In this document: piece by piece, positions 48,052 through 60,309 of the stretch
How the letters are laid out: the number at the start of each line of letters is the position of its first letter
Position numbering within the stretch: the stretch's first letter is position 1
Source: Selaginella moellendorffii
Taxonomy: Eukaryota; Plantae; Lycopodiophyta
DNA: 64,000 bases
Direction: 5' to 3'
Assembly: GCF_000143415.4 (NCBI RefSeq)
Contig: NW_003314307.1
Location: 382,859-446,858 of the forward strand
Program-made: the position numbers and the translations under genes
The notes under the pieces: generated by a model
Databases searched by the model: none
Told to the model about the DNA's origin: nothing
What the model saw: the letters and a program-made list of their open reading frames with translations, nothing else

Positions 48052-49818
48052 TCATTCCTTATAGATGTTTGAAAGCACTACATATGTTGCTCCATGTCCT
48101 GGATCCCTGGCGAGAACATGCTCTGCTGCCATAGCTCCATCCTTGTGGCTTCTACATGCCGCAAGCAAGCACACCCATTCGCGAGCAGTGGGAACAAAGG
48201 GCATGATTCGAATGAGATCTTTTGCCTCATGCAAGAATGATGCTCGAGCCAGCATGTCAATCAAGCAGCAATAGTGCTCCTTTGTTGGATCCACGCCAAA
48301 ATCCATCCCCGTCGACAGAAACAATCTCCGTCCTTGGAAGAGATCGCCGTCATGGCTGAATGAAATCAAAACCGAGAGAATGCTCGTTGCATCGGGGAGA
48401 TGTTCGAGTTTCATGGCGTGGAATGCATCGATCGCTGAGGAGTGATCGCCGCTGCGAGCCAATCCGGAGAGAACCGCACCCCAGGACACGAGATTTCGCT
48501 CTGGAATCCCATCAAAGAGCTTCTTGGCGGCGATCATCAGGCCCTGGCGGGTGTAAGCAAAGAGGAGAGAGTTCCAGGTGATGATATTTCTCTCTGGAAT
48601 GCAATCGAACAAGAACCTGGCGTGATCGATGGATTCGGCGCCACTGGCAGCGGCATAGGCGACGAGCAGAGCACTCCATGACAAAGAATTCCTCTCCGGC
48701 ATCGCATCGAAGATCTTCTTCGCCTCATCCGTGAAACCCTGGCTTGCAAACGCCGAGACGATCGCGTTGAGCGTCACGATATCCCTCTCGGGCATCGCGT
48801 CGAGCACCGCAAGGGCACCTTGAATTTTCCCGCCCTGCGAATATGCCGTGAGCATGGAGTTTGAAGATACCAGATTCCACTCCGGCATCGCACGAAAAGC
48901 CAGCTCGGCACTCCGTACGTCTCCGTGCAGTCCGTACGCGCCAACGAGAGAGTTCCAAGAGACTAGGTCGCGCTTGGGCATGGCGTGGAAGAGCTCCACG
49001 GTCTCTCGGAGATGGCCGTTCTGCGAATAGCCGGCTAGCATCGCGTTCCAAGAGACGAGATCTTGCTGTGGCATAGCGTCGAAGAGATTCTTGGCGTCGC
49101 GCAATCGTTGGCCCTGCGCGTAGGCGGAGATCATCGCGTTCCAGGCAATCCAGTCGCGCTGCGGCATTCGATCGAAGATCGCCGCCGCGCGCTCGACCTC
49201 GCCGCTTGCGGAGGACGCAGCCAGCAGCGCCGTCCAGGAGACCAGATTCCTCTGCGGCATCGACTGGAAGATCTCCAGCGCGCGCTCCAGTTGCCCCTTT
49301 TGGGCATGCGCACTCAGCAATGCGGTCCAGGCGATGGAATCCCTCTCCGGCATTGCCTCGAAGATTGCCGCTGCTCCAGTGATCTCTCCTCGCTGCGTGT
49401 AGGCCGAAAGAATCGCCGTCCACGAAACTAGATCGTGCATCGCCATGGATCGAAAGATTTCGTCGGCGCCCGGCAGATCCCCAGCATGGGAATGCGCGGA
49501 GATCATCGCGTTGCATGCGATGAGATTTGGGCTCGGCATCGCGTCGAAGATCGATCGCGCCTCGTCGAGGCGGCCATTCTTGTAGCAAGCGGAGATCATG
49601 AGCACCCAGGTGTGGGAATTTCTCATGTCGATTGGCATGCCGTCGAAGAGCCGGCGTGCATCCTCCACGCTCGCGCAGCGCAGGCCATACATCTCGATCA
49701 TCTTGTTGCAGACGAATGCATCGCCAGCGATGGTGTCTCGGATCGAGGAATGCGCGCTCCTCGCCGCTCCCAGATCTTTGCAAGACTCGATCAGTCTCAC
49801 ACATTCTCTGTGGTTCAT
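48052..49818 (-). CDS. PLS-class PPR protein with E domain, no DYW, intronless
   Basis: A run of about 31-aa motifs (..SWNAMI.AY.Q.G....A..IFD.MP.R.), then HYCCLIDMLARA...EA.DLI..MPF.P...W..LL.ACR.H and ATYVVLSNIY-stop. Confidence 0.93.
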   Translation of the reverse strand: MNHRECVRLIESCKDLGAARSAHSSIRDTIAGDAFVCNKMIEMYGLRCASVEDARRLFDGMPIDMRNSHTWVLMISACYKNGRLDEARSIFDAMPSPNLIACNAMISAHSHAGDLPGADEIFRSMAMHDLVSWTAILSAYTQRGEITGAAAIFEAMPERDSIAWTALLSAHAQKGQLERALEIFQSMPQRNLVSWTALLAASSASGEVERAAAIFDRMPQRDWIAWNAMISAYAQGQRLRDAKNLFDAMPQQDLVSWNAMLAGYSQNGHLRETVELFHAMPKRDLVSWNSLVGAYGLHGDVRSAELAFRAMPEWNLVSSNSMLTAYSQGGKIQGALAVLDAMPERDIVTLNAIVSAFASQGFTDEAKKIFDAMPERNSLSWSALLVAYAAASGAESIDHARFLFDCIPERNIITWNSLLFAYTRQGLMIAAKKLFDGIPERNLVSWGAVLSGLARSGDHSSAIDAFHAMKLEHLPDATSILSVLISFSHDGDLFQGRRLFLSTGMDFGVDPTKEHYCCLIDMLARASFLHEAKDLIRIMPFVPTAREWVCLLAACRSHKDGAMAAEHVLARDPGHGATYVVLSNIYKE

Positions 49819-50272
49819 TTAAGTCGTGCTAGCGTATTATTACCAGTGTCCGCTTTGATAGATCAACCAAACAATGCTAGTGTCTATCCAGGATCTCGAG
49901 CTGGATTGATCAAGATCGCAGGAACTCTGACAAAGTCACACTCAACATTTTTTGATCGAGACGAGTCCCGATTCCTTCGACACGGCTGTGATCGAGGCGG
50001 CCACGTCCCTCCGCAAAGGATCGTAGCTCAATCCTGCGAGGAAAACGAAGAGCGCCGCGGAAAAGGAGAATCGGCTCTTCAAATTTGGTTATCTCGAGCT
50101 GGAAGGCCGGGAGTTTTTCCATTTTGCAAATCTTAAACCTGACACGAAATACAAGGTGGCTTCCACGCGTGAACTATAGCGGCAACTTCAGTTGCAACAA
50201 TGTCTATATCACCATTCCAATTTTGTATCGTGCGTGAGCACCAGAAAGGCTGACTATCTCATCCATCTCGTG

Positions 50273-50730
50273 CGAGTAAGACCCGGGCCGTGGTCCAACG
50301 AAACAAGGAGCTTTCAGAGGTCTGTATCCGATGCCGAGGCTGGGGGAAGTTTATCTTCTGCGAGCTCATAGTTTAGGGCGGGCTCATGCCGATGTTGTAA
50401 GTTCCAGGGCCGGGCACAGCGATCTTCTCCCGGTCGACAGTGGAAATTTTGGCATGGATGGAGTAGGATGGACTGGATCGGCCAGTAGCTGGGTTTAGTA
50501 TGCTCCAGGTCCGGGGCTCTCCAAGTTGGATAGTCCAGTGTGGGGCTTGGAAACGATGGTGAAGGCTGGTGGCGTGTGGGGCGGACTGAGATTGTACGCT
50601 CCCAGGCCGGGAGTCTTCTCCTTGCGCAGCATCTTTTGATGATGATACCTTCTCAGGTGAATCTGGACATAGAGTAGTGGAAGTCGAGAAGAGGGTGCCT
50701 TGGGTTTCAGCTGAAATGCCAGCTGGCAGT
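50273..50730 (-). pseudogene. Internally deleted duplicate of the SHIPPO-repeat gene, including upstream sequence
   Basis: 50273-50329 matches about 46668-46724, and about 50342-50632 matches about 47271-47585 (ATG at 50632) with indels. Upstream homology extends through GGGTTTCAGCTGAAATGCCAGCTGGCAG. Confidence 0.9.
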
Positions 50731-50849
50731 GGATGGCAGCTTTTCCTAAACCAACTGTTGCGGTTAAATTATCTATAATATTATTATAGTTTTAAATAAA
50801 GTAGTATATATTTTAACTTTAATTTTTATCATTAGTTTAAAGAGCTCAC

Positions 50850-53800
50850 CCATAGCCCTCAAATTTGCACCTTGCAAAACCTTGCAAGAGCATGTTTATA
50901 TAAATTTGCACCTTGCAAAGCCATTTGTAAATCAAGATACTGTACTTCTGCAGAAAACACGCATGGCATAGTCCAAGTGGCATTTTCCAATAGGGTGGAG
51001 TCCAGATGCCAATGAAATAGGCATATAGGTATTTCAAATGGTACATGACTACGAAATTATTCACATGTGAGTGGCATGGATGACCTATAGGTGATCTCAT
51101 TCATTATCATTGTCATTGTCTAAGTGTGACTTAAAATTCTTGAGGAGTTGTTCTTAACCATGTTGTTTAATTTCAATAGCATGGCAGGTTGTTATGGTAG
51201 CTAAATTGGTTTGGATTTTGGCACTAACTAAAGAAGTTTACAATGAGTAAGTCTTGCCCAAAGCTTAGATTTGTGAGATTGGACTCAAATGAAAATGTTG
51301 AGAATAGGTGGAGAAGGGTGTACCATATAATACTAATAGAGGAAGGTTTTAACCATGTCTGGATTAATATTCCCATGAATCATGCAAGGACATGGTGGGA
51401 AATTATTAACTTTTGCTCTTGTTATCAAGCAGTTGGTTACCATATTAGTAGGTGCTAAATTTGTGAGGCATTCAATTTGTATTCACCACCTGCATATATT
51501 TATACAGTGTTGATTCTTAAATAGTTTGTAAGATAAGCCATGGTCTTTGTGTCTAGAATCTTCAAGTGCATCCATATGTGAAATGCTGTTGCACTAGCAA
51601 ATCCCCTCAACCTTAAAAAATTATTAAATTCTTACAAGAAGTACCATAATAAAAACCCTCCAATTCAAAGATTCATCCACTCACCACTGGAATGTCACCA
51701 TTTCCATCTTATTGAAATTGTAGCCGAATAGTAACCCCATACATTTTTCATCTTCCACTAATACAGTTTTATATGATTAAAAAAGGTTGTAATGTAGACA
51801 TCTGTCATGAATTCATCAATAGATTTATACCAACAAGGCAATGTTATATGGATTGTAAGTGTTTTTCTTCTTTGTTTTTCCAACCATTATTTTTGTGCTT
51901 TTGTAGCATACTACAAACTTGTAATTTACAGGTTTTATGTCCATGCCATGATTTATAGAGCACTTTATTGTGGTTTATAAGCTGTCTATGAGGAAAAAGG
52001 CCCATGCTATTTTCAACACATATGCACAACTTGTATATTGCTTTAGGAGGCCGAAACGAATGAGTGATAATGCTTCAAAACACAATGGTATGTAAAATTG
52101 TATGATCTAGTGCTGGGGTGTAAAGGCAAGAATCATATGCAGAACATCAATATGAAACTAAGTAATTTATTTTTGCTTAAAGTTTACCTTTCTAAGACTT
52201 TTTTTTAAAGTGCATTAAGCATTTGTGGCAAGAATTATATTAGTGAGTGGTGTGGTTTTACAAGCATCTCTTTGAGTCTATGGAGGATACTGGTATTCTT
52301 AATGTAAGCAATGCGTGGCATAAACAAAGCTTACAAAGTGTATTTTCACTTTATTTCGCAAAAGACATTGTTGATTGGGTTGCAATATAAAATTTACATG
52401 AGGTTCATCCCTTTAGATGTGGTGAATACTTTAGAGCATCCCACATCCCTACTAATTTATTTCAATTGATAGAGTGAGAACTCAAGTAAAATCAAGACTT
52501 GTTTTGCCAAACATTTTGGCATTGCTTAAATTATTTTCTTTTTATCCAAGATAGTCCAAGCTCCTTTGTGGAAGGATATTAAAGATTTGCCAAGGGAACT
52601 CATTTGTAGTATCGATAGAACAACTTTAGGACATATTAGTTTATTTCAATTTGCATTTGTTTTTCAAAGCCATTTTGTTTTAGGAAGTTAATTTTGTAAA
52701 AGACCAAGCATTTGCAATACATAAGGAAGGCTTAAACCCTGATAAGTAATATCTCCTTCATTTGGATTTGTCTATAGAGTGTGTAATAGTTGAAGTGCAA
52801 GACCTAGATTTTGCAATGTATATCAATACTACACTATCAACCACAACTCTAGTGAAGAGAAGAGATTTACAAAAATTACATTTAGGTTTAACTAGCACCA
52901 GTTTCATTCTTCTTATACTCAATATATTGACTCTATATCAAAGATTTACTTCTATAAGTAGTAGATTTGATAATGTGAGTATTGATTTTATAATATTTTT
53001 AATTAAACTTCATATTAAACACAGAACCTAATCCAGAAAATTTAATCTTATTTGTGAATATTTTAGGCATTTTAAATTGAAAATATAATAAGCATTTAAT
53101 ATACCCTAAGGCTATATTAAATTTAAGTATAAATTTAGTGCTTTATTATATTATTTAAGAAGTAGAATAATTAGGGTTTTTATTATATTGTATTTTAATG
53201 ATTGGTACATAGTTGGCTACCTGTCCAGCCTGTTGCACAAGATGGAACTCACAATTGAGTTGTTCATGTTTGGATCTTCTACATGTGGATCATCTACACT
53301 CAGATCTTCTACACTTGGATCTTTTATGCTTAAATATTCTACAACATCACTCAACACACACAAAGTTGGTATTATGGTTGCAATGACAAGGAGCCTCCTA
53401 GGACTCAACATCCCATCTAAGCATATCCACCATGTACCACAATGGAGCAAGGCTACTCATTGAAAGACTCAACAATTTTGAGAATGTTGATGTACTTACA
53501 CTATAAGTCATCTGTTAATAACTTGCTAATCATTTGCTGAATCTTGCTGATCACTTTTTTAGAAGTTATCACTTCTATGAATGATGCCTTTTGCCAATAT
53601 ACCAACCTAGAACATAATGGTTTCATCCTGTCCTCATGGTTTATAGTTTGTTCTTGGAAAGTATTGCTAGATGTGTTGAGAGAACTCATGAAAGATAAAT
53701 TTTAGGTTAATGGTTAAAGGTGGCCAAAGTTGTTAAATTTAGGGTTTTTATATCGGTTTAGGGTAGGGATTTAGGGCATAGTGACACGCATAACCAAATT

Positions 53801-56800
53801 AATTATGCCTTGGATTTCAAATGATTTTCCCTTATTTGATAACTCCAAGATTGAACTCTGCTTTATTGAGAGAGTTATGGTGATTTAGCAAAAGTGCCCA
53901 TCGAGTGTTGGAAGAATCATTATGATTGTTCTCTATGGCGAGTATCATGCCTCTATTTTAGTAGTGATTGATTGTTTCACTGATTGTGCCATCACAAGTT
54001 ATACCACCAGGTCCTGTAATGTAAAGAGGTGGACCCCCAACTCCACTAGGAACTTGCCCCTATATGGATGGTGTTGTGGCTGTTTTGCCAATTGCCTTTG
54101 AGCAGGTAGAGCACTATAATGCATTCCATACATTGTAACATATGAGCAACATTTAGTAGGTTATGTTTTCATCTCCTTAATGTCACGGCTCTGCTAATAA
54201 CATTTCCTCCCCACCACAATTAGGGCTAACACCACATCAATAAGTTATTGGGCAAAATGCAAGACCTTTTACTCCAACCCTAGTTTCCACATAGGCTTCT
54301 AGTGCCATGTGAAGCAGTAACAACTGCAGCCCTAGTAGAAGCACTACAAAGATCAAGTCTGTGAGTGCTTCCCCAACCCCATCCACCTCCTAAGAAGTGA
54401 CCAATGAGTGTAAGTGTTTTGTCCATCTTATTCTATTAAATGACTCAATTATACCTTTGTTACCATGATGACTTGAACACTCTATTAGCACATTATCCAT
54501 TTAATCACAAAGTTGCCTCTCCCTTTCCAATCCATGTTATGGCCACCTTCATCATTGTCCTTGGCACTTTCAATCACACCATTATATGCTATATTGCTTA
54601 GCTACCTTCCCATGGAACCACAAGTAATCTCACTATGTTGTAGCCTCCTATATTATTACTATAGATACATAGTGTTTGGCAATATAAAGTCTTTCTCCAC
54701 TTGTTGTAGTAGTGCAAACCTTTGTTGACAACAATCAATAAAGTTTGTCCTCTCGACATGGATATCCTAGAAAACACTCTAAAGTTATAGTTGGTATTGT
54801 GTAAGCAACTAAATTTTCCATTCTACTTTAATCACTTAACCACACCTTTGATCACATGGAAAAGTCTCACTCATGACCTTCATAAATCTTATTCCCGACT
54901 TGGGGACATGCTAGCCCCAAGAAGGGCATCTATGCCATTTATCCTTTCCACTTGGTCCAAGTGCTCCATGTGTCCAATCCCATGACCGACACCCAAAAGT
55001 ATTAACAACATATTAGCCCATTATGCTAAAGCCATACCTATTCACTTTTGTCATACTAGAACAAGTGCATACACAAGTCCTACTAGATCTTGATGAAGTG
55101 CTAGTCACAACATTCTCAGCTTGATCTAGTCCGACATATTTGGCTCTGCACAAAGCAAGAGGCTTAAAAAACAAATGCCAAATTGCATCATCAACTCAGA
55201 TGGTCCTTAACAAAAATGATGCAATTATTGAAAGGCATTATCACAATCGTTGGTATGTCCAAATGCACATTTGGAGACATCTGGGAAAATACTACATTTA
55301 AATTATTGTACCATTGCAGTGCCATCCCTTGGAGACACGTGGGAAACTCACATAAATGTTAAACATCATCCCAAAAATGATATGTGGCAATCACTATGAA
55401 GTGATTAAACTAATAGTACACATGATCCCTAGAATTCCCATAGAAGAACTTTAGCCGGACATAAGGATTGATAGTAAAAGTAGAAAGGAGTTGTACCACA
55501 CATCATGAATATTACCATTAAATCTAATTAATTGCAACCATATAACATTGAGCAATTGCACTAACTACTACTCTAGAGTTAAAGGAGGAGGAGGCCGCTG
55601 CTCTGCCATGAAGATGAATGAAAAAGGAAAAAGCAAAAGAGATAAAGGAAAAAGAAAGAGCAAAATAGAAAACTTGAGAAAAACAGTAAAAAAAAGGAGA
55701 TCTAAACAATGCAAAAGTTAGATCTAAACCAAAATCCCAAAAACAATTAAAAAAAGAGATCTAGACAATGCAAAAGTTAGATCTAAACTAAAATCCCAAA
55801 TTTTAGCACTCCTCAAGGACAATCAAAGTTGCCCCTCACCTCTACCAATATGAGTGCATAGAATATGGAAAAAGAATATAAAAAATATGCATATCAATTA
55901 GCCCAAAAACCCTAGTTTATATATAAAAGCGAGTGGTCCGAATTGAAACCAATCCGATGGCTACTAAAATTCTATTACGCTAATATTAGTATATGGTATT
56001 GTAGCCATACATTTGGACTTCACAAACTAAATATATAATATAGAAATTCATTTGATCAATTAGATTAATAAATAAGAATAACACTACTATTAAGTAAACT
56101 AAACATTACTATATGGAATGCACAACAAATTATTGCTATAATTGTCTTTTAATAGAGTTTGGACACCTCAAACAATATCCAGGTTGATAAACTTGGTGGT
56201 GTCCTTGGCCTTTTGTTGGTACTTGTTGGGAAGGGGGTTCTAGCATCACAAGGGAGAATATCATCAGCTAGTCACTAAAGACATTAGCCAAAGAGTCTGA
56301 TAAACTAACTTGTACTTATTTCTTTTGTTCTCCTGTCTCTCAACTTTTCAAGCATGGGGAGATCATTTGATGGAGTATGGTCATAGCTTGCTAGGGCAGC
56401 CATGGATGCACACTTAACATTGGCATTTCCCCTAGGCAATTATAACAGCTGATTGAGCTTCTAGTGTGACCAAGGCATCCAGCCAACATGCAGATATGTC
56501 TAGTTCTATGGATGGAGGTAGCTCTGAGGAAGATAGTCCATAAAGAGTTAGGATATTGATGGGAGTGTGGAGATTGTAGAGATCAGGCTTGGAAAATCCA
56601 AGCTTTACTTTTGCAAACAGGTTAGAGACTCAAAAGAAGCTTGTGAATTTTGTTAGACATTACTTGCTGAGATATTTGAGTATGAAGCAGATTGCCAAGG
56701 CTCTTTCATGTCTTTAGAAGTTATGGTTGGAGCAAGTGTTTGACCTAGAACTCATTGCTGCTAAATTGCACAAGCTTATCCCTCTAGACGCAGTAGGGTA

Positions 56801-57400
56801 TAAGAATGCTCATAGGACCTTGAGGCAGGCTAGTATAAAAGTAAAAATTGGGCAAGCATTACAAGCTGATTGGTGCTTTAGGTAGGTGATTGACTGGCAT
56901 ATCAAAAGTAAACTATCATGTGATTGAATTTTTTATTTTTTTTTTGAGGTTGGTGAAAGGTTACACCCTAGAACATCCAAGGTGCATGCCAACTTGTTTT
57001 AACCAACCCTAGATAAATGAGGGTTTTTCATTTGAGAAGCAACTATAATTAGGCTATGATTACTTATTTTTAAATAATTAACTTTTTTTTGAGGAATATT
57101 TAACAATTATCACATAACCATCATTTGAGAACAAAACTTGTATATAAGGCATATGCTCCATCTAGATTTACCCAGGAATTGCAAGAGCACATGGAAATTG
57201 TTCATATTTTCAACAATCCTTGATCATCAATTTGCATGAAGCTTTTCCAAGTATTATATTATTCACTATAATGTTTTATATATTCACTAACCTTATGATA
57301 AGGATTTTCTCAAGCAAGGGCATCCCATAGTTAAAGAGGATATAAAAGATTGTGGCTTGAATAGGAAGCTTCATTAACCCCAAAGTTTTTGTCTCTTTTA
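50850..57400. mobile_element. Block of decayed transposon-derived sequence, family unresolved (part may be MULE-like)
   Basis: AT-rich and CpG-poor with only short ORFs. Weak minus-strand fragments 'AWAFFLID' and 'KVLYKSWH' near 51940-52010 recall MULE 'FIVDD' and 'LC.WH'. Degenerate telomere-like TTTAGGG runs at 53700-53780. Confidence 0.3.
55681..55800 (+). repeat. Tandem duplication of about 60 bp
   Basis: GAGATCTA(A/G)ACAATGCAAAAGTTAGATCTAAAC(C/T)AAAATCCCAAA occurs twice head to tail. Confidence 0.8.
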
Positions 57401-57816
57401 AATGCAAGCACTAATGGAGATTGATGGCAGAGGGTGTACCAATGCTCAGAGGCATTAGTTTTCAATCACATATAGAGGACTTCAAGGTATATAGTCTTCT
57501 TTGTTTGCTTCCTCCCCTTAGTTTTCACCGTTATGTGTTTTCTTCTATTGTAGCCAATGCAATGCTCAATGACAAAAATGAAGAGTTAATTAGAATCCAA
57601 ACTAGTGATGCATAGCTTGATCCACATATAAGTGATGTCGATACTGCATAGTATGCGGCGGCTTACCAGTGTGGCTTGACATGCAGTATAATGTGGCTTA
57701 TACAAATCATGAAGTGCAACAGGTACTGCCTGGACTCTGGTGACCTTTGTGAGCCTTCTATCGGTTTCCGGCCACACGGGGCTCTTGGCTACACTATCAA
57801 CAAACCAGTTACTTCT

Positions 57817-60309
57817 TTATCTCAGAGAACCAGAAGGATCCATAGAAGGATCCAAAGCTATTTCGAAAGAAGGATTTGGAGATGATGGTTCAGGAACTTG
57901 TACAATATCCTCCATCATTTGCACCACTTTCCCCATTGATGGCCTTGCATTTGCATCGTGCTGAATGCACCACAATGCAACTTTGAGCAGCCTCTTGAAC
58001 TGCACCACATTCACTTCCTCCTGTACCAGCTTCTTGTCAACAATGCTTTCCAGATCTCCTGCTTGATACATGTTGTAAGCCCAGTCCGAGAGACACCAGC
58101 GATTGTTTTCTGAGTTTATGGCCGATATTGTCATGAGATACTTTTCCCTGCCGCTTATAATCTCGAGCAGCACCATTCCAAAGCTGTAGACATCCACCTT
58201 GGTTGTGATTGGAAGGTTGCTGATCCACTCAGGCGCAAGATATCCCCTGGTTCCACGCACAGTTGTCACACTCAATGCCCTTTCCCGTTTCATCAGCTTG
58301 GCCAAACCAAAATCCGCTACCTTTGGACAAAAGCTTTCATCAAGCAGGATGTTTTGAGGTTTGATGTCACAGTGGAGAATGCATTCCTGACATTCGTCAT
58401 GAAGATATGTTATCCCTCTTGCAATCCCCAAAGCAATGTTGAATCGGCTGGCCCAGCTATCCAGAAAAAGTAGCTTATCCAGTGAACCATTAGGCATGTA
58501 CTCATAAACCAGGAGCTTTCGATTGTCCTCGTAGCAATACCCCAGCAAGCGGACGAGGTTGATGTGGTGAATCTTGCCGAGGGTCTTCACCTCGGCTTGG
58601 AACTGTTTATCGGCTTGCATGGCCATTTCCAGCTCCTTGACTGCAACAAGAGTGCCATTTGGAAGCCGCCCCTTGTAGACTGTCCCAAATCCTCCCGAAC
58701 CAAGCTTGTCACAGAAGTTGTCTGTGAAATTTTGCAGCTGCTGATACGTGAATCTTGCAGGCCCACTTCCAAAATCGAGATCCATTATGTTGTTACGTGC
58801 TCTAGTGCTTATGATCCAGCTGAGCCCCAAAAAACAAGTAACCAAGAGGAATACCATCAAGACGAGTGTTGTGATGAATAGCGCAACTCGAGGAGTATCT
58901 CTGAAAAATGACCGATGGAGCACCAGCCACTGGAAACCAGGAACGACTGTGGCATTTGCGTTTGTCACGTATATGTTTGCATCCGGACTTTGTCCTGGAT
59001 CTTTGGCAGAAACTTTCAAGAAGAAAACGTTGTCTACGTCCACGGACTGCTTGCCATTAAACAGACCCGAGGGATCTAAGCCCTTGAGCCAGCATATTCC
59101 AGCGCCACCCATCTGGAAAGCAGCTCCGAGACATTCGCACTCCCTGAGGCACCTTTGGATACAATCCTCCTGGGAGGATGGACTTGGCAGCGGGTGGCTA
59201 TTATAGTCATTGTATTGGAAGTCTGTGCGTACAAGCTGGATCATCTTGAAGTTCCTTGGATCCGTTGAGTTTTGGCCTGTGGGACACTCGGTCAACGGAG
59301 TATTGTAGGCACAATCCTGTGACGGATCGGAAGCATTTGTGGGGTGAAATCCCGGAGGACAGATGCAAGTCGCAGTCGGCCGGTACGCGCAAATCCCAAA
59401 TCGCCCGCACTTTCCAAAGATGTCACACTCGAGAAGAACAGCTTGCCAAGTTATGATCCACCTCTTCTTAATCTCATCAAGAGTGTAGATTCTCAAGTTG
59501 CCATCATCATCCAAGGTCAGCCTCCGGGTTAGACCAACTTTAGGATAATCGAGCGCATACCTTTGTGCCGTGTCGTATACTTTGTCAGGATTTTTCCAGG
59601 AGCTGCCATTCCCATCAAAGAAAGAAAGCATCCCGGTAGTGCTGAAGTTGAGACGAGGAGGACTGACCGCAGAATTGGATTGATTGTCATTCTTGATCGT
59701 CCAGTATGGTTCAAGCCAATAGCCCTGGGAGTAAAGCGCAACTCTACTCCCATCCATTTGAAGGTCATATTTTCGGTTATTGGAGACAAGTTGGGCGTTT
59801 CCAATGAGCTGCTGATCAGGAAGAATTGTATCCGTGGGACGGTCAAATGACTGCCAAACAGGCACTCCGTTGCTCGTTAGCAGCTGTAAGTTGGCATTCT
59901 CCTGAAGCAAAGCTTTTGTAACCCCGAGAGTTGATGTAGAAGTCCCCCAGATAATTCCAGCAGCATTGGAGGTGAGAACCAATCGACCATCAGTCTGGAA
60001 AACGAGCTGGTCGCCTTTGATAAGCCCGATTGGAAAACCTCCCGTGTCATTAGACATTGCGCTCCAGACGACTGTGTTGGGCATTTTGGTGTACCATATC
60101 GAGAAACTATAGAGGGGAGATTTGGGGTTGAGATGGCTGAATCCTGTAGAAAAGGTAGCGTTGGGAGATGTAATCCATGTCTGAGGGTCTTCGCCTCTCA
60201 CATTTATGGTTGTTCCTGGACTTCCACCATCAGTTGCCACTGAAGTTAAAATGACATAGCACAAGCAACACAGCAGGAGAATTCTAAAAGCGAGAAACAT
60301 CGAGAGCAT
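57817..60309 (-). CDS. G-type lectin S-domain receptor-like kinase (SD2 type), intronless, 830 aa
   Basis: Signal peptide; B-lectin (VVWSA, DGRLVL, WQSFDRPTDT); RLTLDDDGNLRIY; EGF (CDIFGKCGRFGIC..C.CPPGF); PAN (C..CLRECEC); TM segment; kinase LGSGGFG, VAVK, HCDIKPQNILL, DFGLAK, GTRGYLAPEW. Confidence 0.95.
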   Translation of the reverse strand: MLSMFLAFRILLLCCLCYVILTSVATDGGSPGTTINVRGEDPQTWITSPNATFSTGFSHLNPKSPLYSFSIWYTKMPNTVVWSAMSNDTGGFPIGLIKGDQLVFQTDGRLVLTSNAAGIIWGTSTSTLGVTKALLQENANLQLLTSNGVPVWQSFDRPTDTILPDQQLIGNAQLVSNNRKYDLQMDGSRVALYSQGYWLEPYWTIKNDNQSNSAVSPPRLNFSTTGMLSFFDGNGSSWKNPDKVYDTAQRYALDYPKVGLTRRLTLDDDGNLRIYTLDEIKKRWIITWQAVLLECDIFGKCGRFGICAYRPTATCICPPGFHPTNASDPSQDCAYNTPLTECPTGQNSTDPRNFKMIQLVRTDFQYNDYNSHPLPSPSSQEDCIQRCLRECECLGAAFQMGGAGICWLKGLDPSGLFNGKQSVDVDNVFFLKVSAKDPGQSPDANIYVTNANATVVPGFQWLVLHRSFFRDTPRVALFITTLVLMVFLLVTCFLGLSWIISTRARNNIMDLDFGSGPARFTYQQLQNFTDNFCDKLGSGGFGTVYKGRLPNGTLVAVKELEMAMQADKQFQAEVKTLGKIHHINLVRLLGYCYEDNRKLLVYEYMPNGSLDKLLFLDSWASRFNIALGIARGITYLHDECQECILHCDIKPQNILLDESFCPKVADFGLAKLMKRERALSVTTVRGTRGYLAPEWISNLPITTKVDVYSFGMVLLEIISGREKYLMTISAINSENNRWCLSDWAYNMYQAGDLESIVDKKLVQEEVNVVQFKRLLKVALWCIQHDANARPSMGKVVQMMEDIVQVPEPSSPNPSFEIALDPSMDPSGSLR

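Noticed and set aside
48725-50136. Long alternative-frame and antisense ORFs over the PPR gene (359 aa, 233 aa)
   Set aside because: Expected from high GC3 codon usage; Arg-rich with no domain.
53270-53345. 15-bp degenerate repeats (GGATCTTCTACA...) giving 'VEDP' peptide repeats
   Set aside because: Only 3-4 decayed units inside TE-like DNA; no evidence of a gene.
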